A DNA stretch of 64,000 nucleotides from Akkermansia sp. (GCA_045591805.1 JAZNTO010000130.1:2924-66923); one strand, 5' to 3'. Positions 1 to 10,930 are shown, counted from the stretch's first letter. A program made the numbers and translations. The notes: a model not told the origin generated them from the letters alone.

Positions 1-586
<586 letters not shown>

Positions 587-641
587 TTATTCCTTTCTAT
601 TCGGTAAAAAAAAAGTTTGTTGCGGCTAACTTTCTGCGCGG

Positions 642-670
642 ATTATAGCACGCTTTATTTCGCTTGGCAA
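642..670 (-). promoter_or_regulatory. Sigma70-type promoter of eno
   Basis: TTGCCA-17 bp-TATAAT with extended -10 TG. Confidence 0.75.
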
Positions 671-731
671 GTATAAAAGTGAGTTGAGGCTAACTTTTGT
701 GTGTCAAAAATACAGGAAATGTGTCTACAGC

Positions 732-2732
732 TTAGTCATCCAGCAGGGCGCGGAGGGAGGCGATGGCGTCTTCGCATTGATCCTCAGAGAGCGGTGTTTT
801 CATGAGCTTGTCGTAGTCCACAAACTCGTAGAGCCGCGCGGGGATTTCGGAGATGAAGCAGGAGGGTTGGCAGCGTTCCTGCTGACCGTAGCGCGTGCGC
901 TTGGCGCAGTAGGTCATGGTAAGCCGCTCGCGAGCGCGTGTGATGCCTACGTAGAAGAGGCGGCGCTCCTCGTCCAGATTCCCCTCGTCCACCGAGCGCG
1001 TATGGGGAAGCAGCCCTTCCTCCACCCCCACGATGTAGACTTGGGGGAACTCCAGCCCCTTAGCTGCGTGCATGGTGATGAGACACACACCGCTCTTTGC
1101 CTCGATGTCATCGTCGTCCCGATCATTGTCGAGGTTGATTTTCGAGAGGAAATCGGTGAGCTTGGCACCGGGAAGCCAGAACTGGCGTAGGGCGGACTTG
1201 ATGTCGTCTATAGCGGACTGTCGGCGGTTTTTCTCCTCTTCTGTCTTGCAGTTTTTGGAAATGTATTCCTCGTATTGGGTTTCTTTCAGGAAATCGGTGA
1301 GAATATCCGCGAAAGGACGCTCACTCAGAGCAAACTCCGTACCATAGCGAGTGACAAGTTCAGTGAAGGCCGCGATACTATTCTGGGAGCGAGTGGAGCA
1401 TTCGGCCAGGAAAGAGAGGTCGAGCAGGGTGGCCCAGATGCTCTTTTTGTTGTCGCGGCTCCAGTCTATAGCAAAAGAAGCCGTGTTGGCGCTGATGCCG
1501 CGCGGAGGTGTGTTGAGCACACGCAGCAGGTGCAGGTCGGCATCCGGATTGTCCATCATTTGCAGGTAGCTGATGAGGTCTTTCACCTCTCGGCGGTCGA
1601 AGAAACTTTTGGTGCCCACCATGCGGTAGGGAATATGGCGCTCTCGCAGAGCCATTTCCAGCACACGGCTTTGGGCGTTGGCGCGGAAAAGCACGGCAAA
1701 GCTCTCCCAAGGCAGGCGGTCGCGCAGGTGCAGCTGCTCTATTTCATCTGCCATGAATTCGGATTCCTCTTCCGGGCCGGGCATGGCAAGCAGGCGCACG
1801 GGGTATTCTCCCACTTTGTTGGTGCGCAGAGTTTTGTCGCGCCGTCCGGCATTGTTGCGTATGAGGATATTGGCGCAGTCCAGCACTTGTTTGGTACAGC
1901 GGTAGTTTTCCTCCAGCTTAATGACGGTGGGATTCGGGAAAAAGCTCTCGAAGTCCAGAATATTGGAAATTTGTGCACCGCGCCAGCCATAGATGGATTG
2001 GTCATCGTCTCCAACCACGCAGACATTGTGCTCCGGCCCCACGAGTTGGCGCAGTAGGCTCATTTGCAGAGAGTTTGTGTCTTGGAATTCATCTACGGTG
2101 ATGTAGGAGAATCGCTTGTTCCACTTCTCGTGCACATCCGGGTAGCAGCGCAGCAGACGCTCGGTGAGGATAAGCAGATCATCGAAATCTACGGCGTTCT
2201 GAGCCCGAAGCTCCCGCTGGTAAGCACCGGCTACGGCGGAGATAAGTGAGTCCTCTATGGCTTTATAATCTTGGCCGTTATTGCGCACGCGGGAGTATTC
2301 TGCTATGACCTGAGCCGGCTCCAGTTTTTCCCTTCGTGCGCCGTATTCCATGATGAGGCGTTTGAGCAAGCCGCTCTGGTCGCTGCCGGTGTAGATAGAG
2401 AAGTTTTCTTTGTATCCGAGCTTACCGATATCCTGCCGCAGGATACGCACACAGAGGGAGTGGAAGGTACAGACCGTCATTTTACGGGCCGCCTTGCGAT
2501 CCACCAGTCCGGCTACACGGTCGGCCATTTCGTTGGCGGCTTTGTTGGTAAAGGTTAGTGCGAGAATTCCGGCGGGGTTCACCCCTTTATCTATCATGTT
2601 GGCAATGCGGCAGGTCACGGTGCGGGTTTTGCCCGTACCGGCTCCGGCCAGAATAAGTACCGGGCCGTTGAGAGTCTGCACGGCCTGTCGCTGAGCTGCA
2701 TTTAAGCTGTTGATGTCGAACTTCTCTGCCAT
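732..2732 (-). CDS. UvrD/PcrA/Rep superfamily 1 DNA helicase
   Basis: Motifs AGAGTGKT, VDEFQDTN, VGDDDQSIYGWRGA, LEENYR, TMHAAKGLEF, EERRLFYVGITRA. Confidence 0.95.
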   Translation of the reverse strand: MAEKFDINSLNAAQRQAVQTLNGPVLILAGAGTGKTRTVTCRIANMIDKGVNPAGILALTFTNKAANEMADRVAGLVDRKAARKMTVCTFHSLCVRILRQDIGKLGYKENFSIYTGSDQSGLLKRLIMEYGARREKLEPAQVIAEYSRVRNNGQDYKAIEDSLISAVAGAYQRELRAQNAVDFDDLLILTERLLRCYPDVHEKWNKRFSYITVDEFQDTNSLQMSLLRQLVGPEHNVCVVGDDDQSIYGWRGAQISNILDFESFFPNPTVIKLEENYRCTKQVLDCANILIRNNAGRRDKTLRTNKVGEYPVRLLAMPGPEEESEFMADEIEQLHLRDRLPWESFAVLFRANAQSRVLEMALRERHIPYRMVGTKSFFDRREVKDLISYLQMMDNPDADLHLLRVLNTPPRGISANTASFAIDWSRDNKKSIWATLLDLSFLAECSTRSQNSIAAFTELVTRYGTEFALSERPFADILTDFLKETQYEEYISKNCKTEEEKNRRQSAIDDIKSALRQFWLPGAKLTDFLSKINLDNDRDDDDIEAKSGVCLITMHAAKGLEFPQVYIVGVEEGLLPHTRSVDEGNLDEERRLFYVGITRARERLTMTYCAKRTRYGQQERCQPSCFISEIPARLYEFVDYDKLMKTPLSEDQCEDAIASLRALLDD

Positions 2733-2768
2733 AATGTGACCATTTTGTTCGCCGTGTGGCGGCGGGCT

Positions 2769-2797
2769 ATGGTAGCATATTTCCCCTGTGGCAGCAA
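2769..2797 (-). promoter_or_regulatory. Sigma70-type promoter of the helicase gene
   Basis: TTGCTG-17-TACCAT with extended -10 TG. Confidence 0.55.
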
Positions 2798-2841
2798 GGT
2801 TTATTTGCTGATTTTTTTCGGGGTGTTGGGGGGACTCCGAA

Positions 2842-3486
2842 TTAGTGCGGAACGGGCAATGCTGAGTCCTCTGTAGTACTTTTGTAGCCGGGCAACGGGA
2901 TAATCAACGGTTCGGTCTCCGCGGTGGCAAAAAATCTCACACGGAGCTCAGACGGCTTATCTCGCAGCACGAGTTCAACCTCTTGCAGTGCGGGCTTTTG
3001 GCGGTAGATGGTCGCCTTCTGCTTGCCATCCTGTATCTCAAACGTTAGCGGTGGGTTGTAGATGGCAGCCACTGTGGGGGAATCCCACTCTATATCCAAC
3101 GTGTCTCCGATATCGTGCAGGTGATTGGGGGTAAATGTGAAATGCAAGCCGCCAATGCAATGTTTGCTCACCCTGTCCGTAGGAACGGAGACTTTATGCG
3201 TGGTGGTTTCTGTTGCAGCTTTGAGCCGCAGTGTGCCGCTTGCCCCGGGACGCGCTTTCAGGCTTTTGGCTCCGGTGACTTGCAGCTCTGCGCTTTCGGA
3301 TTTCATGCTGTACAGGTAGATGTCTTGCGAGCCGGCGGCATCCCAGCGGTATTCTATTTGCCCATCTGCCTGTACATTGGGCAGAAAAACACAGGTATGA
3401 GCCTCTCCTACCACAGGTGTGGGGGTGGTAGTACAGGCGCCCAGCAAAAGTGCTGTAGCTAGAAAGTAACGGTGTACTAACGGCAT
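2842..3486 (-). CDS. Hypothetical lipoprotein
   Basis: MPLVHRYFLATALLLGAC lipobox. ATG 3486 is preferred over 3534 because a TATACT -10 lies between them. Confidence 0.7.
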   Translation of the reverse strand: MPLVHRYFLATALLLGACTTTPTPVVGEAHTCVFLPNVQADGQIEYRWDAAGSQDIYLYSMKSESAELQVTGAKSLKARPGASGTLRLKAATETTTHKVSVPTDRVSKHCIGGLHFTFTPNHLHDIGDTLDIEWDSPTVAAIYNPPLTFEIQDGKQKATIYRQKPALQEVELVLRDKPSELRVRFFATAETEPLIIPLPGYKSTTEDSALPVPH

Positions 3487-3599
3487 AGATTTTCCTGCGA
3501 GTATACATCGGAATCGGATATAAAGCAAGACCAATATCTCAGTGAGGCGGATAAAACAAGGTTAAATATTTGTTATTTTATGAATTGGCGGGAAAAATC

Positions 3600-3628
3600 T
3601 TGCTTTTTGTTGGTGTATCTGTTAAAAT
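3600..3628 (+). promoter_or_regulatory. Sigma70-type promoter
   Basis: TTGCTT-17-TAAAAT with extended -10 TG. Confidence 0.6.
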
Positions 3629-3654
3629 AACTGCGGTTACAAGTTTTCTTGGTT

Positions 3655-4842
3655 ATGAAAAAATCCGTTCTTCTTTCTATTCTACTGGGCTCAACATCGC
3701 TGTTTGCATTGGATTTGTCGGATGCTTTGTGCAGTGGTTCCATATGGGGTAAGACTCGGCCGGAGGTTTGTTCGTCCGATTTCGTGGGCTTGCGCTATAT
3801 GCCCATAGACAATCATGCCATCCGCTTGGTGCCTCGTTTGACTGTCAACGAGGGGTGCTGCAAGGACAAGACTACCAAGAAAGGGCTGGAGGCGAACAGT
3901 TTGTTGACAATAGGCTCTCTCCAGTTCGGCGAGACTATCGTGCGCTGGGATCAGGACATGGTGACCAAAAACATGCTTGGTCTGGTGTATACCCGAGGTG
4001 ATGATGGAGTGATTACAAAGGCAGAGTATTCTCGCCTTATTCGGGAGAGTGTGAAGGCTCTGGATGCCATGACTGCCCGTGCGGGGTATGTACGCGAAGC
4101 TCGCGGCAAGGGAGACGAGGAGCATGTGGGCGTGCCGGGGCTGAGGCATTGGTTCTGGGAGTGGCAGCAGGGAGTGCTCTTGCTGGAGGCATCTGCTACA
4201 GACATGGGGAATGGTGACATTCGCCCGGAGTTTATCCGTGTGAAGATGGGGCTGAATCCCGATTCTATTGCTACGGGTGGTGCTGAGAATCTGACCAATG
4301 CTGCTTGGCTGAGGAAAAATGTTAAGAAAGAAGACGGCAAGGTGTATATTGCCGGTGTGCCGATGGTAGACCAGGGGCAGAAGGGCTATTGCTTGCCGGC
4401 AACCGTGGCTCGCGTGTTTGCGTACTATGGTGCAGATGCTGTGGACCAGCACGCACTGGCACAGGTGTGCAATTCGGAGGCTAAGAGTGGTACAAGTTTG
4501 GGAGTCATGTACTACGAGATGGTAGAGATGGGGAAAAAGTTCAATTTCACCGTGTTGCCGTTGCATGCGAACCCGAGCGATTTCATGACACTAGTGCGCC
4601 ATTATATTGATGATGGTATCCCCATGCTCTGGTGTGTGGAGTTGAATACGGCTCGCGAGGCCGGTATTCCCATCAGCCAAAATAAAGGTTGCCACGAGCG
4701 ACTGATTATCGGTTACAATGATACTACAGGGGAGCTTCTGTTCTCGGATTCCTGGGGGCAGGGGCATGAGCTGAAGGGTATGCCTATGAGTGATGCAGCC
4801 AAGATCACTCTTGGGCTGCATGTGATGCTGCCGAATCAATAA
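3655..4842 (+). CDS. Secreted protein with C-terminal C39-like (papain-fold) cysteine peptidase domain
   Basis: Signal peptide MKKSVLLSILLG. VPMVDQGQKGYC (Q/C), CHERLIIGY (H), FSDSWG (D). Confidence 0.75.
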   Translation: MKKSVLLSILLGSTSLFALDLSDALCSGSIWGKTRPEVCSSDFVGLRYMPIDNHAIRLVPRLTVNEGCCKDKTTKKGLEANSLLTIGSLQFGETIVRWDQDMVTKNMLGLVYTRGDDGVITKAEYSRLIRESVKALDAMTARAGYVREARGKGDEEHVGVPGLRHWFWEWQQGVLLLEASATDMGNGDIRPEFIRVKMGLNPDSIATGGAENLTNAAWLRKNVKKEDGKVYIAGVPMVDQGQKGYCLPATVARVFAYYGADAVDQHALAQVCNSEAKSGTSLGVMYYEMVEMGKKFNFTVLPLHANPSDFMTLVRHYIDDGIPMLWCVELNTAREAGIPISQNKGCHERLIIGYNDTTGELLFSDSWGQGHELKGMPMSDAAKITLGLHVMLPNQ

Positions 4843-4854
4843 TACTCTTTTCCT

Positions 4855-5484
4855 ATGCCGGGAAAAACAGAAAGAAAGCGTGGCTCTGCCCGAAGAGCGC
4901 ACCGTAGGGGAGCCGCGAAGAGCCCCCGCAATATGGGTGTCGTATGGGGGCTGCTTGTTTTGCTGGTAGGCGGGTTGATGTTTGCTTTGCTGAACGTTGG
5001 TTCCGGGGAAGCTCAGCCGCAGAAACCTCGCCGTGCTGTGGCGAAAAAAGTGGTGAAAAAAGCTCCGGCAACGCAGCCGGCCGAGGAGGAGGCAAAGGAT
5101 GTAGCTCCTGAGCCGCCGACGCTTGTTGAGGAGACGGAAGAGCAGCCTGAATCTGAGCCGGCAGAGGAGCCTTTGATTGTGGCTGAGCCTCCGCTTGATG
5201 ATAGACCGGCGGATGTGCCCTCGGTAGACCAACCGGAGGAGGAGGCACCCACGGAGGATGAAGATGATGAGAAGGAGGATAGACGCCGCCGGCTCAGCCG
5301 TACGGATGAGGATGGCAATTATTATATTGATATGGCAACCGGTACGCTCCTTTTCACCCCGGATTCCGCGCTGAATGATGAGAATCTCGAGATTTATCTC
5401 GACAGCATCATGGATACATACGCCACGCAGGAATACGACCAAGAGGGGGCAGAGCGCACCGATGAAGAAAAGCAGGTGAAGTAA
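4855..5484 (+). CDS. Hypothetical single-pass membrane protein with Pro/Glu-rich linker
   Basis: Basic N-terminus, one hydrophobic helix, acidic Pro-rich tail. Starts 12 bp after the upstream gene. Confidence 0.7.
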   Translation: MPGKTERKRGSARRAHRRGAAKSPRNMGVVWGLLVLLVGGLMFALLNVGSGEAQPQKPRRAVAKKVVKKAPATQPAEEEAKDVAPEPPTLVEETEEQPESEPAEEPLIVAEPPLDDRPADVPSVDQPEEEAPTEDEDDEKEDRRRRLSRTDEDGNYYIDMATGTLLFTPDSALNDENLEIYLDSIMDTYATQEYDQEGAERTDEEKQVK

Positions 5485-5512
5485 TAGTCCCCGTCCGCGT
5501 GCAGACTTGAGA

Positions 5513-5537
5513 CCCGCGTGCAGCGATTGTGCGCGGG
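5513..5537. terminator. Hairpin between convergent genes
   Basis: CCCGCGTGCA-GCGAT-TGTGCGCGGG. No U-tract. Confidence 0.4.
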
Positions 5538-5538
5538 C

Positions 5539-6483
5539 TTAATCTTTGGCCGATTTCGGGTCTACCGCATCGCGCAGTCCATCTCCCAGGAAATTGAGCG
5601 CCAGAAGCGTGAGGCAGAAGAAGAGCGCGGGGAAGAAGAGCAACTCCGGCGAAACTTCCATGCGGTCTGCGCCCTCTTTGATGAGGGTGCCCCAGGAGGA
5701 GTTCGGTGCCTTCACCCCGAGGCCGATAAAGGAAAGCGTGGATTCCGTGAGCATGATGCCCGGCACGGCCAGAGTGGTATATACTACCACGGTGCCGAGC
5801 AAGTTCGGGGCAATGTGGCGGAAAAGGATGTTCATGTGTCCGAGCCCGAGAGATTTTGCTGCAAGAATATACTCCTGAGCTTTGATTTCCAGAGTTTGAG
5901 TGCGTACGATTCGTGCAAGAGTAAGCCAACCCAGAGACCCTATGGCGATGAAAAGAGGTACCAGCCCCAGAATGGGCGCCACGGCTTCGCGCCGCCAGCC
6001 GGTGGTCTGCACAATATCTGCTGTGAGTTGCCGCACAGGCTCCTCGATACTCAGGGAGAAAACGATGACCAATACGATGAAGGGCAATGCGAAGAGCACA
6101 TCCACCGTACGCATCATGAATGTGTCCACCCGTCCGCCGGCATAGCCGGATAACAACCCATATACGAGCCCGATGATGAGAGCCACAAGCGTGGCTACCA
6201 GCCCCACCAGCAGGGAGATGCGACCGCCGTAGAGCACGCGAGCCAGCAAATCTCGCCCAAGCTGGTCGGTGCCGAAGGGGTGGGATAGGGAGCAGGGGGC
6301 TGCTATGTTTGCTAAGTCTGTGGAATTCGGGTTGGCGATGCAGGGGAAAAGCGGCAGCACAAAGCACGCCAGCACCATGAGCAGAAGAAACACTAGGGAG
6401 GTCATGGCTGCTCGGTTGCGCCTCAGGCGGCGCATGGCGTCCTGCCAGAGCGAATTACCTTGTGTATATGTTGTTTTGGCCAT
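5539..6483 (-). CDS. oppC: Oligopeptide ABC transporter permease OppC/DppC
   Basis: SLWQDAMRRLRRNRAA, HPFGTDQLGRDLLARVLYGGRISL, EAA loop EYILAAKSLG, LNFLGDGLRDAVDP. Confidence 0.93.
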   Translation of the reverse strand: MAKTTYTQGNSLWQDAMRRLRRNRAAMTSLVFLLLMVLACFVLPLFPCIANPNSTDLANIAAPCSLSHPFGTDQLGRDLLARVLYGGRISLLVGLVATLVALIIGLVYGLLSGYAGGRVDTFMMRTVDVLFALPFIVLVIVFSLSIEEPVRQLTADIVQTTGWRREAVAPILGLVPLFIAIGSLGWLTLARIVRTQTLEIKAQEYILAAKSLGLGHMNILFRHIAPNLLGTVVVYTTLAVPGIMLTESTLSFIGLGVKAPNSSWGTLIKEGADRMEVSPELLFFPALFFCLTLLALNFLGDGLRDAVDPKSAKD

Positions 6484-6493
6484 GTGTGAGTTT

Positions 6494-7423
6494 TTATGCG
6501 GCGCCTTGGGAGCGCAGGCGTGGGTTGAGTGCTACGAGAGCGATATCGACAATGAGGTTGGCTCCGACTATGAGGACGCCGTAGCAGAGCACCAGACCTT
6601 GGATGAGGAAGTAGTCGCGGTCTGTGGTGGCGTTCACAAAATGCAGTCCCATGCCCGGCACCTGGAAGCAGGTTTCTACTACAAAGGAGCCGGTGATGAG
6701 GGCGGCAAAGGCCGGCCCCAAGTACGACACCGCTGGCAATAATCCGCTGCGTAAAGCGTGCACTACCAACTGCCGCACGGGACCTGCTCCTTTGGCTCTT
6801 GCTGTGCGCATGAAATCCTGAGACAATACCTCCAGCATACCGCCGCGTGTGAGACGCGCCAGATATGCTGCATTGATAAGCCCCAGCGTGAGTGCCGGCA
6901 GCACGGCACAGAGCGGGTTATCCCACCCGGCCACACTTAGCCCCGGCACATGCATGCCTAGTGTTTTTCCCAACAGGGGGGCTATGACAAAGGCTGGCAT
7001 ACAGATGCCGAGCATAGCGGTGAACATGAGCAGGGCATCCGGCCAGCGGTTTTTGCAGCGGGCTGCCAGCATGCCGGCGGGTATGCCCAGCGCGATGGCT
7101 ATTCCCATACCCAGTACACCCAGCCACAGGGAGACCGGGAAGGCCTCCGCTATAATGTCGCTCACCTGCATCCCCTCGCGCACCAGCGATGGGCCGAAAT
7201 CTCCGGCTGTAAGTATGTTTTTCCAGTAATTAACGTATTGGACAAGGGGGCTTTGATCCAGCCCGTAGAGGGAGTTAAGTTGTTCCTCGACATGTTGCGG
7301 CAGCTTGCGCTCACCCAGGAAAGGATTGCCCGGCAGTATGCGGACTAGGAAGAAGGTTATCGTTTCCAGCACAAATACCACGAGGGTACCCTGCGCAAGA
7401 CGCTTGAGGAGTAGTTTTATCAT
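6494..7423 (-). CDS. oppB: Oligopeptide ABC transporter permease OppB/DppB
   Basis: Start MIKLLLKRL overlaps the oppA stop (ATGA). DFMRTARAKG, GSFVVETCFQVPGMG, RDYFLIQG. Confidence 0.93.
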   Translation of the reverse strand: MIKLLLKRLAQGTLVVFVLETITFFLVRILPGNPFLGERKLPQHVEEQLNSLYGLDQSPLVQYVNYWKNILTAGDFGPSLVREGMQVSDIIAEAFPVSLWLGVLGMGIAIALGIPAGMLAARCKNRWPDALLMFTAMLGICMPAFVIAPLLGKTLGMHVPGLSVAGWDNPLCAVLPALTLGLINAAYLARLTRGGMLEVLSQDFMRTARAKGAGPVRQLVVHALRSGLLPAVSYLGPAFAALITGSFVVETCFQVPGMGLHFVNATTDRDYFLIQGLVLCYGVLIVGANLIVDIALVALNPRLRSQGAA

Positions 7424-9039
7424 GGCATTACTTGTATGGCATCGAGGGGGAAATTGTCCAGCAGACGCGGCTGTCTTCCGCTGATATGGCGGGCAGAACG
7501 CAGGTATGTACGCTGGCTGTGGTAGAGTGGGATAACAGGGTACTCGCGAAGCATGAGCGCCTCCGCTTGTTGCAGAAGGGCACGCCGCGCGGCGGCATTT
7601 CCGGTAGTGCGTGCGGCGGCCAGAGCCGCATCGAAATCCGGGTTGCCCCAGCCTGTGCAGTTGTTGCCGCCTCCACTGCGCCAGAGCTCTACAAAAGTGG
7701 CCGGATCCAGATAATCTCCGCTCCAAGAGGAGGAAGAGATGTCGTACTCCATATTCTGCTGGGCGGCTTTGTAGGCAGTCCATTCGCAGGAGCGTATATC
7801 CACATGCACGCCCAATACTTTTTCCCACATGGCTTGAATAGTTTCTGCCATAACGCGCTGCACATCACGAGAGGTGGTCATGAGCTCCAGCACCGGGAAG
7901 CCTTTGCCTTGTTCAAAGCCGGCTTCGGCCAGAAGTCTGCGAGCCTCAGCTTCGCGCTCCTGTTGCTCCGCGGGAGCCTCGGGCGGCACGACATTGTAGC
8001 CGACTCCGGGGGGCGTGAATGAGTTGGTGGGGGTGCCGGCACCGCGCACTACCTTACTCACCAGCGCTTCTCGGTCTATCGCAAGGTGCAAGGCACGGCG
8101 TACCCGGGCATCGTTGAGCGGTGGGCGGGTGGTGTTCAGCCTGTAGAAGATGGTGCAGTAGTATGGGTCTTGGCAGAAATCCTGCGGGCATTTTTGAGCT
8201 ACGTAGGCCAGCATTTCCGGCGGTACGTTGTTGGAGATATGCAGCTTGCCTCCTAAGTACATGCGAGTTTCCGTGTAGCCGTTCACAACAGGCAGGAAGT
8301 GAATGCCGCGGTTTTTTACCTCCGCAGCCCGCAGATAAAGGGGGTTGGGACGCACGCTCAGAAAATCGTTGAAGCGATGGTCGTCTAATACATAGGCGCC
8401 ATTGCCCACCCAGTACTCCGGGCGGGTCCATAGACTACGGCGGTCCAGCATGCCGCCGAGAGCTTCCACTCTGTGCGCGGGAATGGGGTACCAGGTGTAG
8501 TGTAGTAGTAGCAGAGGCAGGTGTGGGGTAGGGCCGGTGAGCGTCAGTTGCAGGGTGTTTGTATCGAGAGCTTTGGCGCCTACGTCTTCCCAGTCGCACT
8601 TGCCGGTGTTGTATGCTTCTGCGTTCTGCAGCGGGTATAGCATTTCGGCATACTTGCCGGCAAATTCCGGGTGGAGCAGCCGCTTGTAGGCATACACAAA
8701 ATCCTGTGCTGTTACCGGAGTACCATCGCTCCACTTCGCGGAGGGATTCAGATGAAATGTCCAGACATCTGCTCGGGCATTGTGCTCCCAACTTCGTGCC
8801 GCACCGGGTAAAACTTCACCATCTGCAGCGGGGGAAGGGCGCACAAGTCCTTCCAGAATGGCGCAGATGATTTTGCCGTCTGCAACGGCTGTAGCCTTGT
8901 GCGGATCCTGGCTCTGCGGCTCGGAGTTGTTGCCGAGCAGCAGCACCCCCGCCTCCGCAAATCGCTCTGCGGAGCTTTTCTGCTCGCCACACCCTGTCAG
9001 CAGGCAGGCTAGAGCTACAATGGCTGTTTTCAGCTTCAC
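7420..9039 (-). CDS. oppA: Peptide ABC transporter substrate-binding lipoprotein (family 5)
   Basis: GTG start, lipobox LLTGC. EPQSQDPH, AKWSDGTPVTAQDF, NGAYVL, RVRRALHLAIDRE, WSGDYLDPATF. Confidence 0.92.
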   Translation of the reverse strand: MKLKTAIVALACLLTGCGEQKSSAERFAEAGVLLLGNNSEPQSQDPHKATAVADGKIICAILEGLVRPSPAADGEVLPGAARSWEHNARADVWTFHLNPSAKWSDGTPVTAQDFVYAYKRLLHPEFAGKYAEMLYPLQNAEAYNTGKCDWEDVGAKALDTNTLQLTLTGPTPHLPLLLLHYTWYPIPAHRVEALGGMLDRRSLWTRPEYWVGNGAYVLDDHRFNDFLSVRPNPLYLRAAEVKNRGIHFLPVVNGYTETRMYLGGKLHISNNVPPEMLAYVAQKCPQDFCQDPYYCTIFYRLNTTRPPLNDARVRRALHLAIDREALVSKVVRGAGTPTNSFTPPGVGYNVVPPEAPAEQQEREAEARRLLAEAGFEQGKGFPVLELMTTSRDVQRVMAETIQAMWEKVLGVHVDIRSCEWTAYKAAQQNMEYDISSSSWSGDYLDPATFVELWRSGGGNNCTGWGNPDFDAALAAARTTGNAAARRALLQQAEALMLREYPVIPLYHSQRTYLRSARHISGRQPRLLDNFPLDAIQVMP

Positions 9040-9046
9040 GGGCGCG

Positions 9047-9075
9047 AGTCTAGCACATTCGGTATGCAGATTCAA
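9047..9075 (-). promoter_or_regulatory. Sigma70-type promoter of oppA (leaderless-type)
   Basis: TTGAAT-17-TAGACT, 7 nt before the GTG start. Confidence 0.6.
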
Positions 9076-9108
9076 GTCTGAATGATGTTCGCTTTTTTCC
9101 CGCACGGT

Positions 9109-10281
9109 CTATACCCGGCATTCTCCTCTGCCGTTGCTTCGTAAGCCGAATATCAGACCACAGAGCGCAAATATACTGTAAATGCCACCTACCCAAAACT
9201 CCGGATGCTTGGTTTGCATAGCGGAGCCTGCAAACCAAGCCAGTAACCCTCCGCCTATGAAGCCTACTCCTTGCGCCAAACCGGAGAGTGCCACTGTGGT
9301 GGCCTCGTCGGCAGAAGATTCTACGATAAGCGTCATGCCCAGTGCAAAGATGCTACCCAGACTTACCCCAAGTAGGCAGGCAAAGAGAGGCCAGAGCTTC
9401 AGAGGTGCGAGCAGTAGTCCCCAGCAGGAGAGAATAGAAAGAAGAATTGCCACCACCAAGAGCGCGTTGCGTCCGCCCAGCCAATTGGCAATATGCGAGC
9501 AGAGCAAGGCCGCCGGTATTTGAAAAGTGGTGGAAAGTGCCGGCACCAGTCCTGCTTCTACTATGGGAAGTCCCCGCCGCCGCATGAGGGTGGCCAGCCA
9601 GACAATCAGAAGCCAGGCACCGGCTACACGGAATAGGTAAAATAGGCTCACTGTCCAGGCCTTTGCTTGTTGCAGCAATGGTGCAATAGGTGCGTGCACA
9701 GTATGTTGTTCTTTTCGTTGCTCCGGGGAAAAGAAGATGAGTTCTGCCCAGAGCAGGGTGGCTACAAGAAGCGGTAGAGCCCAAAAGAGTAAGCCGTGTT
9801 GCCAGCCTCCCAGAGCTAACGCCACCGGGGCAGATGTACCGGCCCCTACTGCTGTGCCCAGACTCACACAGGCGGTGTAAGCCCCCATGAGCTGGGGGAT
9901 ATTTCCTGTAAACTCTTGTTTTACTATACCGAGAATAACAGAGCCGGTTATACCCAAACCAAGTCCGATGATGATTGTGCCGCCATAAAGCCCGATGATT
10001 CCTCCGTAGCTGCGCCAGACAACTCCGACAATCGCTGTGAGTAGAGCATAAATGATGAGACGCCGCGGGCGTATGTTCTCCGCCAGGCGAACACTCGTGA
10101 ATGCAGCAATGCCCAGAGACATAACCGGTAACAAGCCGAAAAGTCCACTGCTCTCGACTCCCAGTCCTAAATCGCGCATCAGAAACACCAGCAGAGGGTC
10201 GGCCGCAGAAAAACTCATGCGTAGGTTGAAGCTTACCAGCAGAAAAATGAGGATAAAGTGCACTTTGTGATTCTCGTTCAT
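9109..10281 (-). CDS. MFS transporter, CynX/NimT-like
   Basis: About 12 TM segments. LVSFNLR, DLGL, GIVKQEF, LMGAYT, LSGLAQGVGF. Confidence 0.85.
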   Translation of the reverse strand: MNENHKVHFILIFLLVSFNLRMSFSAADPLLVFLMRDLGLGVESSGLFGLLPVMSLGIAAFTSVRLAENIRPRRLIIYALLTAIVGVVWRSYGGIIGLYGGTIIIGLGLGITGSVILGIVKQEFTGNIPQLMGAYTACVSLGTAVGAGTSAPVALALGGWQHGLLFWALPLLVATLLWAELIFFSPEQRKEQHTVHAPIAPLLQQAKAWTVSLFYLFRVAGAWLLIVWLATLMRRRGLPIVEAGLVPALSTTFQIPAALLCSHIANWLGGRNALLVVAILLSILSCWGLLLAPLKLWPLFACLLGVSLGSIFALGMTLIVESSADEATTVALSGLAQGVGFIGGGLLAWFAGSAMQTKHPEFWVGGIYSIFALCGLIFGLRSNGRGECRV

Positions 10282-10403
10282 GGCGCTGTTTTTCTACATC
10301 AGTACTCACTTGTTAGCAATCTATATCGCTAACATGCAGCAGAAAATGCTTGTATTCGCAGGAAGTTGTTGCTATAAATGAGCCACGCAATCACAACCGA
10401 AAA

Positions 10404-10823
10404 ATGGATATGATGAACAAGCTCGCCTGTATAGCCCTTGCCGCCGTTCCCTCTCTTGTTGCTCCCGCTGCTGCGCAGGAGCAGCAGATTACTGTGGAAG
10501 ACTACATCAAGACCCAGATGGCTCTTTTGAACGGCATGAATGAGTTGCTCGCTATCGAAGGTATTGCCGAAGCCCCCGGCGAAGTGGCTGCCGCCATCAA
10601 CCAGCTTACGCAGTACGCCGCTGCGTTGGTAAGCCTTAAGGGGCAGCTGAATGCAGATGATCTCGCCGCAGCTCAGGGAAATCTGGAGGTGGATCCTGTG
10701 GCTCAGGCTACCGGCGCAACCTTTATAAAGGCCGTAAACGAGCTGGCGGACAAAAACTTCTACAACAGCAACGAACTCGCTACGGCCGTGCAGAACTTTG
10801 CCGCTGTACTGGCAAATATGTAA
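10404..10823 (+). CDS. Hypothetical secreted alpha-helical protein
   Basis: Signal peptide ending APAAA-Q, host-like codon use, upstream TTGTAT-17-TATAAA. Confidence 0.75.
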   Translation: MDMMNKLACIALAAVPSLVAPAAAQEQQITVEDYIKTQMALLNGMNELLAIEGIAEAPGEVAAAINQLTQYAAALVSLKGQLNADDLAAAQGNLEVDPVAQATGATFIKAVNELADKNFYNSNELATAVQNFAAVLANM

Positions 10824-10930
10824 CCCTCGCCACCTGCGATATTTGTTCCGCCTTTTCAGCGCAGATAGTCAACTGTTCTGTGCCAAAAGTGGAATCCGGT
10901 GGTGGATTTCTCTGAGTACTCACGCTCACC

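Noticed and set aside
5539-9039. opp operon lacking ATPase genes
   Set aside because: oppD/F are often encoded elsewhere, so this is uninformative from one window.
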